This document shows, in pieces, positions 53,481 through 63,940 of a stretch of DNA of 64,000 bases. The translations under genes were made by a program, and so were the position numbers. The stretch lies in the NCBI GenBank assembly GCA_964016885.1, contig OZ024743.1, positions 359,600,001 to 359,664,000 of the forward strand. Reading direction: 5' to 3'. This DNA is from Eledone cirrhosa. Lineage: Eukaryota. The notes beneath the pieces are model-generated. The model made no database searches. It saw only the letters and a list, made by a program, of their open reading frames with translations, and was not told the origin of the DNA. The first letter of the stretch is position 1, and each line of letters starts with the position of its first letter.

Positions 53481-54198
53481 AATGCTGCTGATAATAGCAA
53501 CAATAATTATGATATTAATACTAGGTTCCATCATATTTTTCGACAGTATTGTAATCAATAAGCGAGAATGCCTTTTAAAATGATACAAACATATAACAAG
53601 ATATCCCAGAATATCAAACGTATGATTAATAGTACCCTCATAAAAAAAGATGTAATATCAAATATATTATATAGGTTTAAACTATTTTCTTTAAATAATG
53701 TTGCACTTGGATATAACACAAAAGTTGGGAACATCAATGATAAAAGTGAGATTGAGCAAATAAGTAAAGGAAGCCATAAAAGAAAGATTCAATTTATAAC
53801 CATGTAAGAATCGCAAAACAAACACATTCTTAGCTATTATAGTATGGAATCTGCAAAGAAGCCAAAAATGGCTTAACAGCTCTGCTTAACAAGCAGATTT
53901 AGAATTCACTACACAAAATTAGATTTCAACCGTAATTGAGAATTTACGTAGGTCATCCAAGAAGCCTGTCGATAGTCATTAGACCTACTAGAAATAGCAG
54001 TGACATGTTCCTCATATTACCGTCCCAGAAAAGGAATAGGAAATGAGTCGATTGTCTTGATCACAATGCCTTCGTAATACACATATAGATACACACACAC
54101 ACATAACTCCCTCCCCCCACACATATATTACTTACTCTACTACCTCAAGTATTGAATACTCTAGTGAGTAATGGTCTAACTGGCATTTACTGCTTATT

Positions 54199-54262
<64 letters not shown>

Positions 54263-54568
54263 CGCGCGTCTGTGTGTATGCGTGTGTGTGTGTAGGAATG
54301 TGTGTGCATGCGTGTATGTGCGTATATCTGTATATATGTATATATTTACATACACACATACACCTGTAAGTACATATAATATATATACATATAGTATAGG
54401 TGATTCAGTGAATTACTGGTGGTAGTACCAATACGAGTACTCGATGCACAGGCTGATGAAAAATGATGAAGTTTCGTTTACATCTTATTGATTATCGACC
54501 TATTACGTACGTTTTACCATATCTGTGAACATGTATAAGCATTTAAATATATATGTATATATATATAT

Positions 54569-54889
54569 ATACAAATATATTACACAGAGAGAAGTGTGTT
54601 ACACAGTGAGAAGTGTGTAAAACATTATTACATGTGAGTTTAACCGTTACTGTATGGAGAACAATACCTACAGGTTAACAATTAAATAGAATAAAACTAA
54701 GTCAGAATCAAATCTCTCAGTAATTTAAAACTCTACTTCAGAGATTTGATTCTGACTTAGTTTTTTTTCTATTTACTTACTACCCTGTAGGTATTGTTCT
54801 CCATACAGTAACGGTTAAACTCACATGTAATAATTTTTTACACACTTCTCACTGTGTAACCGATTTCTCTCTGTGTAATATATTTGTAT
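54569..54889. repeat. ~320-bp fold-back palindrome
   Basis: Arms such as CATGTGAGTTTAACCGTTACTGTATGGAGAACAATACCTACAGG and its exact complement; ~20-nt spacer. Confidence 0.9.
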
Positions 54890-54973
54890 TTGAGCTCAGA
54901 TGAAAATTCTCTGTTCTTCTTCGAGCTAATATTATTATTACTGTGAACTGCAGAATACATTAATTCCGATATT

Positions 54974-55027
<54 letters not shown>

Positions 55028-55297
55028 GATAAATCTACCAAAATATACGGTAGTGTCCAATCCGTATGAAGAAGTCAATGTAATCCAAAAAAAAGAGAAA
55101 AACAAATATCATTATTTCTGAAGACAGCATATATATGTGTAGGTATGTATATTTCCTCTGATAGTTTGTAAATTTTTTACATAGATCTATATGATATACA
55201 TACCAACACACACATATATATCCAAGAAACAATCGTAAAATGATGAATTTTATAATATAAGGAACTATTTCCTTGTTTTTATTTATTGTTTTTATTA

Positions 55298-55343
<46 letters not shown>

Positions 55344-55360
55344 CTTATATATATATATAT

Positions 55361-55651
55361 AGGAATGGAGAATAACACGGATAATCTATACAATAGGGTT
55401 TGTTGCAAGTATTAACATATATTTCATTGGCTAGTATGTGGTTGGACGCGTCTAAAAATCGCTATCTGCAATGATGTTGTGACACTCGAGTTTAAATTTG
55501 ACTGGTATGAGCAGTATTTAAAATCGAGTGTCACAACATCATTGCAGATAGCGATTTTTAGATGCATACATCCATATACTAGCCAATAAACATATGTTAA
55601 TACTTGGAATTAACCCTACTGTATAGTTTATCCGTGTAATTCTTCATTCCT
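55361..55651. repeat. ~290-bp fold-back palindrome
   Basis: TCTAAAAATCGCTATCTGCAATGATGTTGTGACACTCGA and its exact complement; outer arms diverged. Confidence 0.9.
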
Positions 55652-55832
55652 TCATCATTAATACTTCAGCAACTGCTTACCTAGAAACTGTCCGAAATCG
55701 GCCATCCGAACGCCACAACTAAGTAAACATTTTGTTGAGTCAAACAACGCCGCACATTAAAATCCTCCACGGAACAGATTACATATAATCTCTACTTGGA
55801 TTACTTTAAATGATGCCTCGTTTATTTCAATA

Positions 55833-55867
<35 letters not shown>

Positions 55868-57279
55868 GACATCGATGAATTTGTTTTGCGAGGTTTTTTA
55901 TATGAAATCGTGTATCAAATGCATATATAACAATATAACAATATATAGACTCTACAGATAATTACAAATTATGACAATTTAATCAACAAAAAACGAATTA
56001 TTCAGTAGTTGTCACCATAAAATTAGTAAAACTTTCCAAGCATTCTACAAGTTTCGAAAAAAATATTGTCAATTAATAATTTAATATATATATGCTTTTG
56101 CCTTATTGTGGTAATAAGTTATTTATATGTATTAGAATTATTTCATTAAGAGTCTCGTTATCCTATGTTTTGATTAGGATAGTTCAATATTTAACTAGAC
56201 ATCTCTTATGATATTTGCAATAGATGATTTATGGTTTTCAAAATATCGCGGAATGTGTGAGTAGAGATATGTTATAAATGGAGAAGAGTTATCTTCCTTT
56301 TGTTTACATTGTCCGTAAACATTTCCTTTCTTTTTGACTTGCTTGTTGAATTATATTTGTTTTGAAATATGTAGATTAATAATATACAGACTATCATTAA
56401 AATGAAACTATATATCAAAATAAGTAAATACAGAAGTAAATATAACCTTTCATTAAATTAATGAAATTAAACTTTTGAGAGTAAATGTAACTGCAGTTTA
56501 ATCCTAGAAATTAAATGAATATTAAAGAATAGTGAAGATTCTATAAAGATTCTATAAACAATTTGAGTAATATAGGATCTAAATATATTATATGTATTGA
56601 TGCTGATGTATGCATGGTATTAGATTTTAATAATAATTATTTAAATACGCTTTAAAATTTAATTCTTTTAAAGTTGTAACTAAATATTTATAGAATATCT
56701 TACCTTAAAATTAAAAATAATAATTTATAATGAGTTAAATTAAATTATATAAATTTTTAATTAAACGATATATGTGATTGCTACAGAAAATAATCTATAC
56801 TGATATAATATATAAGTATAATTAGCTAATGTATAATCAAATACTAAAGATATTCAATTGTTTAGTTGAATTGATTGGATGTCATATTTGATCTTGCATT
56901 TGAAAACGTTTTTTTTCTCTATCCCTCTCTATTTGATGCTTCCTTTATTCTTCTTTACCCCCTCTGTTCCTTTTACTTTCTTTACACTTTCCATCTTTTG
57001 TCGTTATTCCTCTTTTCTTTTTTATACATTTCTTTTACTCATTCATTCTTTTATCTATTTATGTATGTATTTATATATGTATTTATTTATTTTTTCTTGC
57101 CTTTCCTCCTATTTATACCCTCTCTCATATATCTAATTTGCTCTACGTCCTTTTCTTCTTTAAGTTTATCATGTTATTTGTGGTATATAAACATTGAGAT
57201 TTGATGAAATAAATTACTGCCAATACTGGAATTGTATAATCAAGACCGTAGCGGTATGTCATATATCAAATCATATATT

Positions 57280-57335
57280 TTAGCTGATGAAGACGTACTG
57301 AAAAAAACAACACAGTACCTTTGAAATATATATAA
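57280..57335 (+). ncRNA. Hammerhead-like motif (PLE pseudo-LTR)
   Basis: CTGATGA-AGACGTACTG..CAGTACCTTT-GAAAT-ATAT-ATAA overlapping AATAAA. Confidence 0.65.
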
Positions 57336-57485
57336 TAAAGCATATATTATGATTATGTGAATATCTTTCATTTGTTAATATTTTGAATAATATTAAAAAC
57401 TCCAGGAAAATTTTCTGGTTGAGTGCTTTTAATATATTGTAAAATTGTATTCATTGAGTAATCAACGAACCATATTAATCTTTGG

Positions 57486-57574
<89 letters not shown>

Positions 57575-57794
57575 GAATGAAGAAATAGGAGTTCAGAAAC
57601 AGCCGTCGGGGTCCCGACTCTTTTCCTATTACCCCCACTACTACCCAAAGTATCGAGTATTCTGGAGCGTTATGGTCCACCTGGTTCCTTACCTCACTTC
57701 CTTCCTTATCTCTATATATATTATATATATATTATATATATATTAATTCAAAATATTAACAAAAATAGACATTCGTGTGATCAAGTATATTTTA

Positions 57795-57850
57795 TTATAC
57801 ATATTCCAGAGGTACTGAGCTATCTTCAACAGTACGTCCTCATCAGATAA
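57795..57850 (-). ncRNA. Hammerhead-like motif at the presumed 3' end of Naiad E
   Basis: TTAT-CTGATGA-GGACGTACTG..CAGTACCTCT-GGAAT-ATGT-ATAA overlapping AATAAA; GAAA is mutated to GGAA. Confidence 0.6.
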
Positions 57851-58577
57851 AATAAGATGATGCATGACATACCCTGACTAAGTATATGGTTCAAATTCAG
57901 TCATGGCAGTGAATAAGATATGACAAAACTCAATATTTATATACCTTAAGATTGAGACATGAAAAAACTACATATTATACACTGGGTGCGTGTGAGAAAG
58001 CTTATAAAGATACATAATAATAAACAACTACTAATATAATACAAACTTACATAACTGTTAGAGATTCAATTAATTTAAATTATTGAAGAAAGAAGAAGTG
58101 AAAGACAGAGAGAGAAACAGATGAGGAAAAAGAGAGTTACTAGAAGTATAGAAATATCTTATGCACGAAAGCGAAAGAAAATTGATTAAGGAAAGAGAGA
58201 CGAGGATAAAATAATTTTTATAGTATAAAGCATAGGGAGGGAGATTTGTATTGTCGTGGATAAATAGCGTATAATCAGATGATGAAATATATATATATAT
58301 AAATAAATATATATTTGGGCATAGCTTTGTGAATGAATAATTTCGTATCGTTAAATTATCTAGAAATAATCAATCAATCAAAATATCAAATATATCTGGG
58401 TGTAGTTATATAAGAGTTTATTTTCGAGTCCTTAAGTTAATTAGAAATAGACTATTAATCAATTATATATATCCCAACGTATCCAGATGACCGTTAAATT
58501 TCGAATCTTTATGTTAATTCAAAATAGTGATTTAATCTAAAGGCATAATATTTGAGGCTATAAAATTTATCAGTATT

Positions 58578-59760
58578 TATATTATAGTATAATATCATAT
58601 TTAAAGTATTTACAAACATGAGAAAGAAGAGACTTAATATTTTCTTCATCTCGAAAGTAATCCCAATTAAATTATATTAAAAAAAATTTATATTAAAGAG
58701 ATTTTATATTAAAAAATAATCATTATATAATTTAGAAAGTAATTACAATTATAACTTTAAGAATTAAAAATTAAAAATTAGAATGCCCTTAAGTATCCAA
58801 AGGCCTTATAACTATACTTAAAAAGGATATTATTAAACTAGATATAAGCATTTGTCTAAATTTATACAAATAGTACATTGTTTAAAGTTTAAGACGATAT
58901 TAATCAGTTATATATAATATAATAAATAAATTACTGTTAAAATAAGGTCAATTATTATATTAAAAAAAAAACAATTATTCAACTAGGATCATCTAATACA
59001 TATATACTATAAATATACAAAACAAGCTTCATGAATCATAAAATCTAAAACACAGATTCAAAATAAATAAATGAATGGTTTGCGATCCTATAAGTGTCAA
59101 ATATATAAGCTATATAATTTAAAAATACAAGAACATTTTAAAGGATCTATATTATAGTATAATATCATATTAAAGTGTCTGCAAACATGAGAAAGAAAAG
59201 ACTTAAGATTTTCATCAACCCGAAGGTAATCCAAATTTAATTATATTAAAAAAAGTTAAATTAAAAACTAATCATTATATAATTTAGAAAATATTTAAAA
59301 ATTATAACACTAGAATGTCCTTAAGTATCCAAGGCACTTATAAATGTACCTGAATACATACAGAGTTTAAAGCTTAAGACGATATTAGTGAATTATATAC
59401 ATATAATTGTTTCTACTTTAGGCACAAGGCCAGCAATTACCCAGTGCATTACTGGTACTTTATTTTATCGACCCCATAAGGATGAAATACATATACATAT
59501 AATTATATACATATAATAAATATAATTATATACATATAATAAATAATAAATACAATTACTGTTAATAATGTTATAATTGAAGTTTTACATCAAGTTAAGG
59601 GGAAAAAGTTTGTCGACTAGGATCGTGTACGACACATATACAATAAATATATAAATCAAACATCTTGAATCTTAAAACAACATATTCAAAATAAATAAAT
59701 GAATGGTTTACGATTCCTTATAATTTTCAAACATATAAGCTATATATTTAAAACAAATAC
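58578..59760. repeat. Diverged ~570-bp tandem duplication in the presumed Naiad E 3' UTR (second copy holds a SINE fragment, 59405-59487)
   Basis: TATATTATAGTATAATATCATATT..CAAACATGAGAAAGAA at 58578 and 59148; TTCAAAATAAATAAATGAATGGTTT twice. Confidence 0.8.
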
Positions 59761-60353
59761 AATAAACCCCGAAAAAATTATTAAATGTATTTAAACAATC
59801 AAATGATATGCATACTCATCAAAAGATCATGTTAACAGCCTATATGTTTATATAGAACCCTTAATCCAACATTAATCATATCGTAAATAAATAAAAATTA
59901 TTAGAAGGTTTTATAATCTGTTATAGTGTCGTTTTACGCACTCAGTTGATAAGAAACGTCAAAAATTAAAACTTATTTATTCAATGTTTTTTCCTGACTT
60001 TTTGTGAGGCTTGGAATATAGAAGAAGCTTTATGCAGGCAATTTGAGAATAATTCACTTTTTTTGTTAATTAAATTATCATAATTAGTAATTATTAATAG
60101 GGTATCCATAGTACAAAGATTGCAGTTAGGTGATATTGAAGAATTCAAGTAGACTTGACCATTACACAGCTTTGACCAAGAAATCGAGTATTTTAAATTT
60201 TTGTCTTTTAATGACCATATAAGTTGTGATAAAGAGGTCGAAGATTTCCTATTAGGATTCGAAAAAGAATATTTGTGATTTGAAAATCTTAATTTAAATG
60301 TCGATGAAGTTGCACCAATTTAGTTGTATGTGATGTTATTTGCTTTTACGGTG

Positions 60354-60530
60354 GATTGGCAGTATCAGTAGAGAGTCGGACGCCATGCTTTCCAGCATAG
60401 TTACGTCCCTTTACGGTCTGAGTTCAAATCCCGCCGAGGTTAACTTTGCCTTTCAACCTTACGGGGTCGATAAAATAAAGTACCAGTAATGTACTGGGTA
60501 ATTGCTGGCCTTGTGCCAAAAGTAGAAACA
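60354..60530 (+). mobile_element. Young tRNA-SINE inserted into the Naiad E GIY-YIG
   Basis: 19-bp direct repeat GTTATTTGCTTTTACGGTG at 60335-60353 and 60531-60549. Confidence 0.92.
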
Positions 60531-61575
60531 GTTATTTGCTTTTACGGTGCAGATTGCTATCCAGACAATTATTTTGCAGAGGGCAATTTGATCTATTTCT
60601 ACAATTACATTTCGATTTATTGTTATTACTATAAATTGAACAATTGACATTAACATTGCTAGTATTTGAAGTGTTCTAATGATAGTGCTTAGATTAATGT
60701 TATTGTTATTCCTAGTATTAATATTGCTAGTGTTATTATATTCATTATCCCTAATTGTTTGTTAGTTTTGGTTATGTTTTAGAATTCTACTATTTATTTT
60801 TGCAATGTTCTGGGCCATATTCATAGTTGTAGAATAAGAAAGCTTAATTGTATGTCTGTTAAATATGGAACGGTATTTATGGGAAGCATTTATCTAAAGC
60901 TTTAAAGAATAGATTTGAGAGTGGTGTTTTGATTGCTACAGATGCGGGAGGATCAAACCATATAACTGATTTAGTTCTGACTTTTTCCCCCGATGTATTC
61001 ACGGTATTGGTGTTTGTATTATAATTTTTAGAATCTAGTTTATTTATGTTAGTCTTATTTTTACCCGGATTATAATTCAAATTATTATTATCTATATATT
61101 CAATATTATTTTTATAACCTGCCTTACGTAGCGCGTCATTATAATATCCTGCTTTTTCATCAAATATGGATTTATTAGCGGATATTCTAGTTATGGGTTT
61201 CTGTAAACTATTGACTATTGCATTTTTCACGGATTTAGGGTGATTAGAGTAATAGCTAACGTAATTTAAGTTTTCATTGGGCTTATGGAAAGGGTTATAA
61301 AATGCTGAGTTTAAGTTAAGGGTGACGTCAAGGAAATTAACTATTTTGGTGCTACTTTCAACTTCTAATTTACGGTCGTAATTTTTAAAGAATTCAATTA
61401 TAGTTTTCTTAACCCTATTTAGTTCTGTATTGCTATGCTTGACAATCGTAAATAAAATATATATATTGCTATTTCAGAGCTCCAATTCTAATTTTTAATT
61501 TCTGCCTGACCAACAACCGCTCTGCATAATCAGCTCCTGATTATTTACTAGATTTCTATAAGAATATAACACCAG

Positions 61576-61670
61576 TGATCTCGGTAGACAGGAGGGTTAG
61601 TTGGCCTAGATAAGCTTCAACCAAAGCGAAACAAGACTTGTCGGCTTATCTCCCCTGTTTGCTGAGATCA
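61576..61670 (+). ncRNA. Type I hammerhead, unit 1 (core mutated to UAGAUAA)
   Basis: GGCC-TAGATAA-GCTT(CAACCA)AAGC-GAAAC-AAGACTT-GTC-GGCT. Confidence 0.7.
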
Positions 61671-61893
61671 AAGTAAGTGAATTTGTCACTACTTTAAAAC
61701 AATAGTTTACGGTCTTCAAAATGCTTTTAATTAAGCATAAAGTGTATTGCAAAATACATTATATATACATCCATATATATATATTGCTATTTCAGAGCTC
61801 CAATTCTAATTTTTAATTTCTGCCTGACCAACAACCGCTCTGCATAATCAGCTCCTGATTATTTACTAGATTTCTATAAGAATATAACACCAG

Positions 61894-61988
61894 TGATCTC
61901 GGTAGACAGGAGGGGTAGTTGGCCTTGATAAGCTTCAACCAAAGCGAAACAAGACTTGTCGGCTTATCTCCCCTGTTTGCTGAGATCA
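61894..61988 (+). ncRNA. Type I hammerhead ribozyme, U3-A8 core variant, unit 2 (predicted cleavage after 61960)
   Basis: GGCC-TTGATAA-GCTT(CAACCA)AAGC-GAAAC-AAGACTT-GTC-GGCT; outer stem I TGATCTCGGTAGACAGG/CCTGTTTGCTGAGATCA. Confidence 0.85.
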
Positions 61989-62211
61989 AAGTAAGTGAAT
62001 TTGTCACTACTTTAAAACAATAGCTTACGGTCTTCAAAATGCTTTTAATTAAGCATAAAGTGTATTGCAAAATACATTATATATACATCCATATATATAT
62101 ATTGCTATTTCAGAGCTCCAATTCTAATTTTTAATTTCTGCCTGACCAACAACCGCTCTGCATAATCAGCTCCTGATTATTTACTAGATTTCTATAAGAA
62201 TATAACACCAG

Positions 62212-62306
62212 TGATCTCGGTAGACAGGAGGGGTAGTTGGCCTTGATAAGCTTCAACCAAAGCGAAACAAGACTTGTCGGCTTATCTCCCCTGTTTGCTG
62301 AGATCA
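62212..62306 (+). ncRNA. Type I hammerhead ribozyme, U3-A8 core variant, unit 3 (predicted cleavage after 62278)
   Basis: Identical to unit 2. Confidence 0.85.
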
Positions 62307-62529
62307 AAGTAAGTGAATTTGTCACTACTTTAAAACAATAGCTTACGGTCTTCAAAATGCTTTTAATTAAGCATAAAGTGTATTGCAAAATACATTATAT
62401 ATACATCCATATATATATATTGCTATTTCAGAGCTCCAATTCTAATTTTTAATTTCTGCCTGACCAACAACCGCTCTGCATAATCAGCTCCTGATTATTT
62501 ACTAGATTTCTATAAGAATATAACACCAG

Positions 62530-62624
62530 TGATCTCGGTAGACAGGAGGGGTAGTTGGCCTTGATAAGCTTCAACCAAAGCGAAACAAGACTTATCGGCT
62601 TATCTCCCCTGTTTGCTGAGATCA
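62530..62624 (+). ncRNA. Type I hammerhead, unit 4 (AUC triplet, C-A mismatch in stem III)
   Basis: GAAAC-AAGACTT-ATC-GGCT. Confidence 0.7.
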
Positions 62625-62796
62625 AAGTAAGTGAATTTGTCACTACTTTAAAACAATAGCTTATGGTCTTCAAAATGCTTTTAATTAAGCATAAAGTGTA
62701 TTGCAAAATACATTATATATACATCCATATATATATATATATATATAATATAATATATAAGATCAAAAGATGGTTAAATGAGTTCCATGTATTTTA

Positions 62797-62856
62797 TTAT
62801 GCGCATTTCAAAAACAAATATCATCATGCAATAACATTTGTGTTTCCATCAGATAA
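62797..62856 (-). ncRNA. Degenerate pseudo-LTR hammerhead-like motif
   Basis: TTAT-CTGATGG-long stem II-GAAAT-GCGC-ATAA overlapping AATAAA; its tail matches the 18455-18512 hairpin arm. Confidence 0.5.
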
Positions 62857-62949
62857 AATAGGAGGACATGATATGAAGGTTAAAAACACTTGTGGATAGT
62901 GCAGTTTTAAATCAACATATCTTATACGTTGATTTAAAACTGCACTATG

Positions 62950-63090
62950 TTGTGAGTTCAATTCTCTGACCGGGAGATGTGTTGTTTCCTTGAGCAAGAC
63001 AATATATCTCACGTTGCTCCAGGTTACTCAGCTGAAAATGAGTACCAGCAATACCTGGAGGTTTAACCCTGCGATGGACTGCCGGTCCAC
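62950..63090 (+). mobile_element. Fragment of a third SINE family
   Basis: B-box-like GAGTTCAATTC; TCCTTGAGCAAGACA; AAATGAGTACC; CCTGCGATGGACT. Confidence 0.55.
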
Positions 63091-63239
63091 CAAAAATTAG
63101 GTATTAGGATTGGTGCTCTGAAATAGCGATGTAAATGTGAATGTATGTATAGTATATTTGGCAATATACCGTATGTTTAATTAAAAACATATATATATAT
63201 ATATATATATATAAATAATGGCTGACTGAATACGCAATT

Positions 63240-63410
63240 GTGTTATTTTTCTCAATTTTTTCCTCTTGTCCCTCTCTATTTTTTCTATTTCCTCTTTTAT
63301 TTTCAATTTTGTTTTCTGATGAAGGACTATTGTTCGAAATATTAAGATTCTTTTTCTATTATTTCTTCGTTGTATTTTGTCGTTTGCCTTGTTATTTCTG
63401 TTTTCCTTTT
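63240..63410 (+). mobile_element. Solo Neptune-type pseudo-LTR with hammerhead (63312-63347)
   Basis: TTTT-CTGATGA-A-GGAC(TATT)GTTC-GAAAT-ATT-AAGA; same family as 22155-22190. Confidence 0.7.
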
Positions 63411-63852
63411 ACAAACACACAAGCGCGCGCGCGCTCGCGCATATATATATATATATATATACATGTTTGTAGATGTGTGTTTGTGTTTATGTAAGCATGC
63501 AATTATATATAGGTACATATGTATACAATTCGTAAACTTTTATATTGTACTTTTTGTTTGATTTTCAATGATGTTTGCTTTCTCATAACAGACATGGTGA
63601 TAGCAACATACTCGATTACTTGTCAAAGGTACGTACACTGATCAATGTCATGGAATGAATGAAGATACTATTGATTTTATTCTGCTTAAAATTCTTTCAT
63701 CATGCCATTCGTTTTTGTTTGTTAAAATAATTTTCTCAATTTTTCAAGTTTTCGGCTGTGATCAAAGTAGCTCAGCTTTTGACATGTGATGCTTTTGATA
63801 ACTGCAAACGAAATACGAGATCTTTGATGTCATGTTTACTCATGTTTTGCAG

Positions 63853-63940
63853 TAATTATGCCTCACTACTAATCACTGCAAACGATGGACCCAATGGTAA
63901 CACCAGTGTTATAGTTCACGTTGACGTCATCTTACACTAA
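63853..63940 (+). CDS. Possible terminal host exon resembling the end of a cadherin-like beta repeat
   Basis: Acceptor TTTTGCAG; NYASLLITANDGPNGNTSVIVHVDVILH-stop resembles L-x-I-x-A-x-D-G..V-x-V-x-V. Weak; no other exons identified. Confidence 0.25.

Larger units (their letters stand above)
57740..61456 (-). mobile_element. Naiad-like Penelope element E, 5'-truncated in the late RT region, with a long AT-rich presumed 3' UTR
   Basis: KIVNFLDVTLNL, SNHPKS, IWFDPP, CNCRNRSNCPLQNNCL, IGATSSTFKLRFSNHKYSF, CNLC, INKKSE..CLH; stop 59981-59983. Linking the UTR down to 57740 is inferred. Confidence 0.8.
61466..62726 (+). mobile_element. Tandem array of four 318-bp hammerhead-containing units (candidate non-LTR retrozyme)
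   Basis: Units start at 61466, 61784, 62102 and 62420; only a few substitutions; one type I HHR per unit; several additional hairpins. Confidence 0.85.

Noticed and set aside
53289-53588. Poly-Asp / poly-Met / poly-Ile ORFs
   Set aside because: (GAT)n microsatellite.
61805-61856. Second, minus-polarity hammerhead (CTGATTA-TGC..GCA-GAAAT) implying an ambisense viroid-like RNA
   Set aside because: G8 is missing without compensation, there is no stem I, and CTGATTAT is explained by the ATAATCAG/CTGATTAT hairpin.
61813-62706. Three repeated 85-aa minus-strand ORFs in the array
   Set aside because: TTG start, no recognisable motif, and broken by a stop in unit 1; they are antisense to the ribozyme and a by-product of the repeat.
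61466-62726. CRISPR array or plain satellite interpretation
   Set aside because: No unique spacers and a eukaryotic context; the hammerhead fold explains the unit better than simple satellite DNA.
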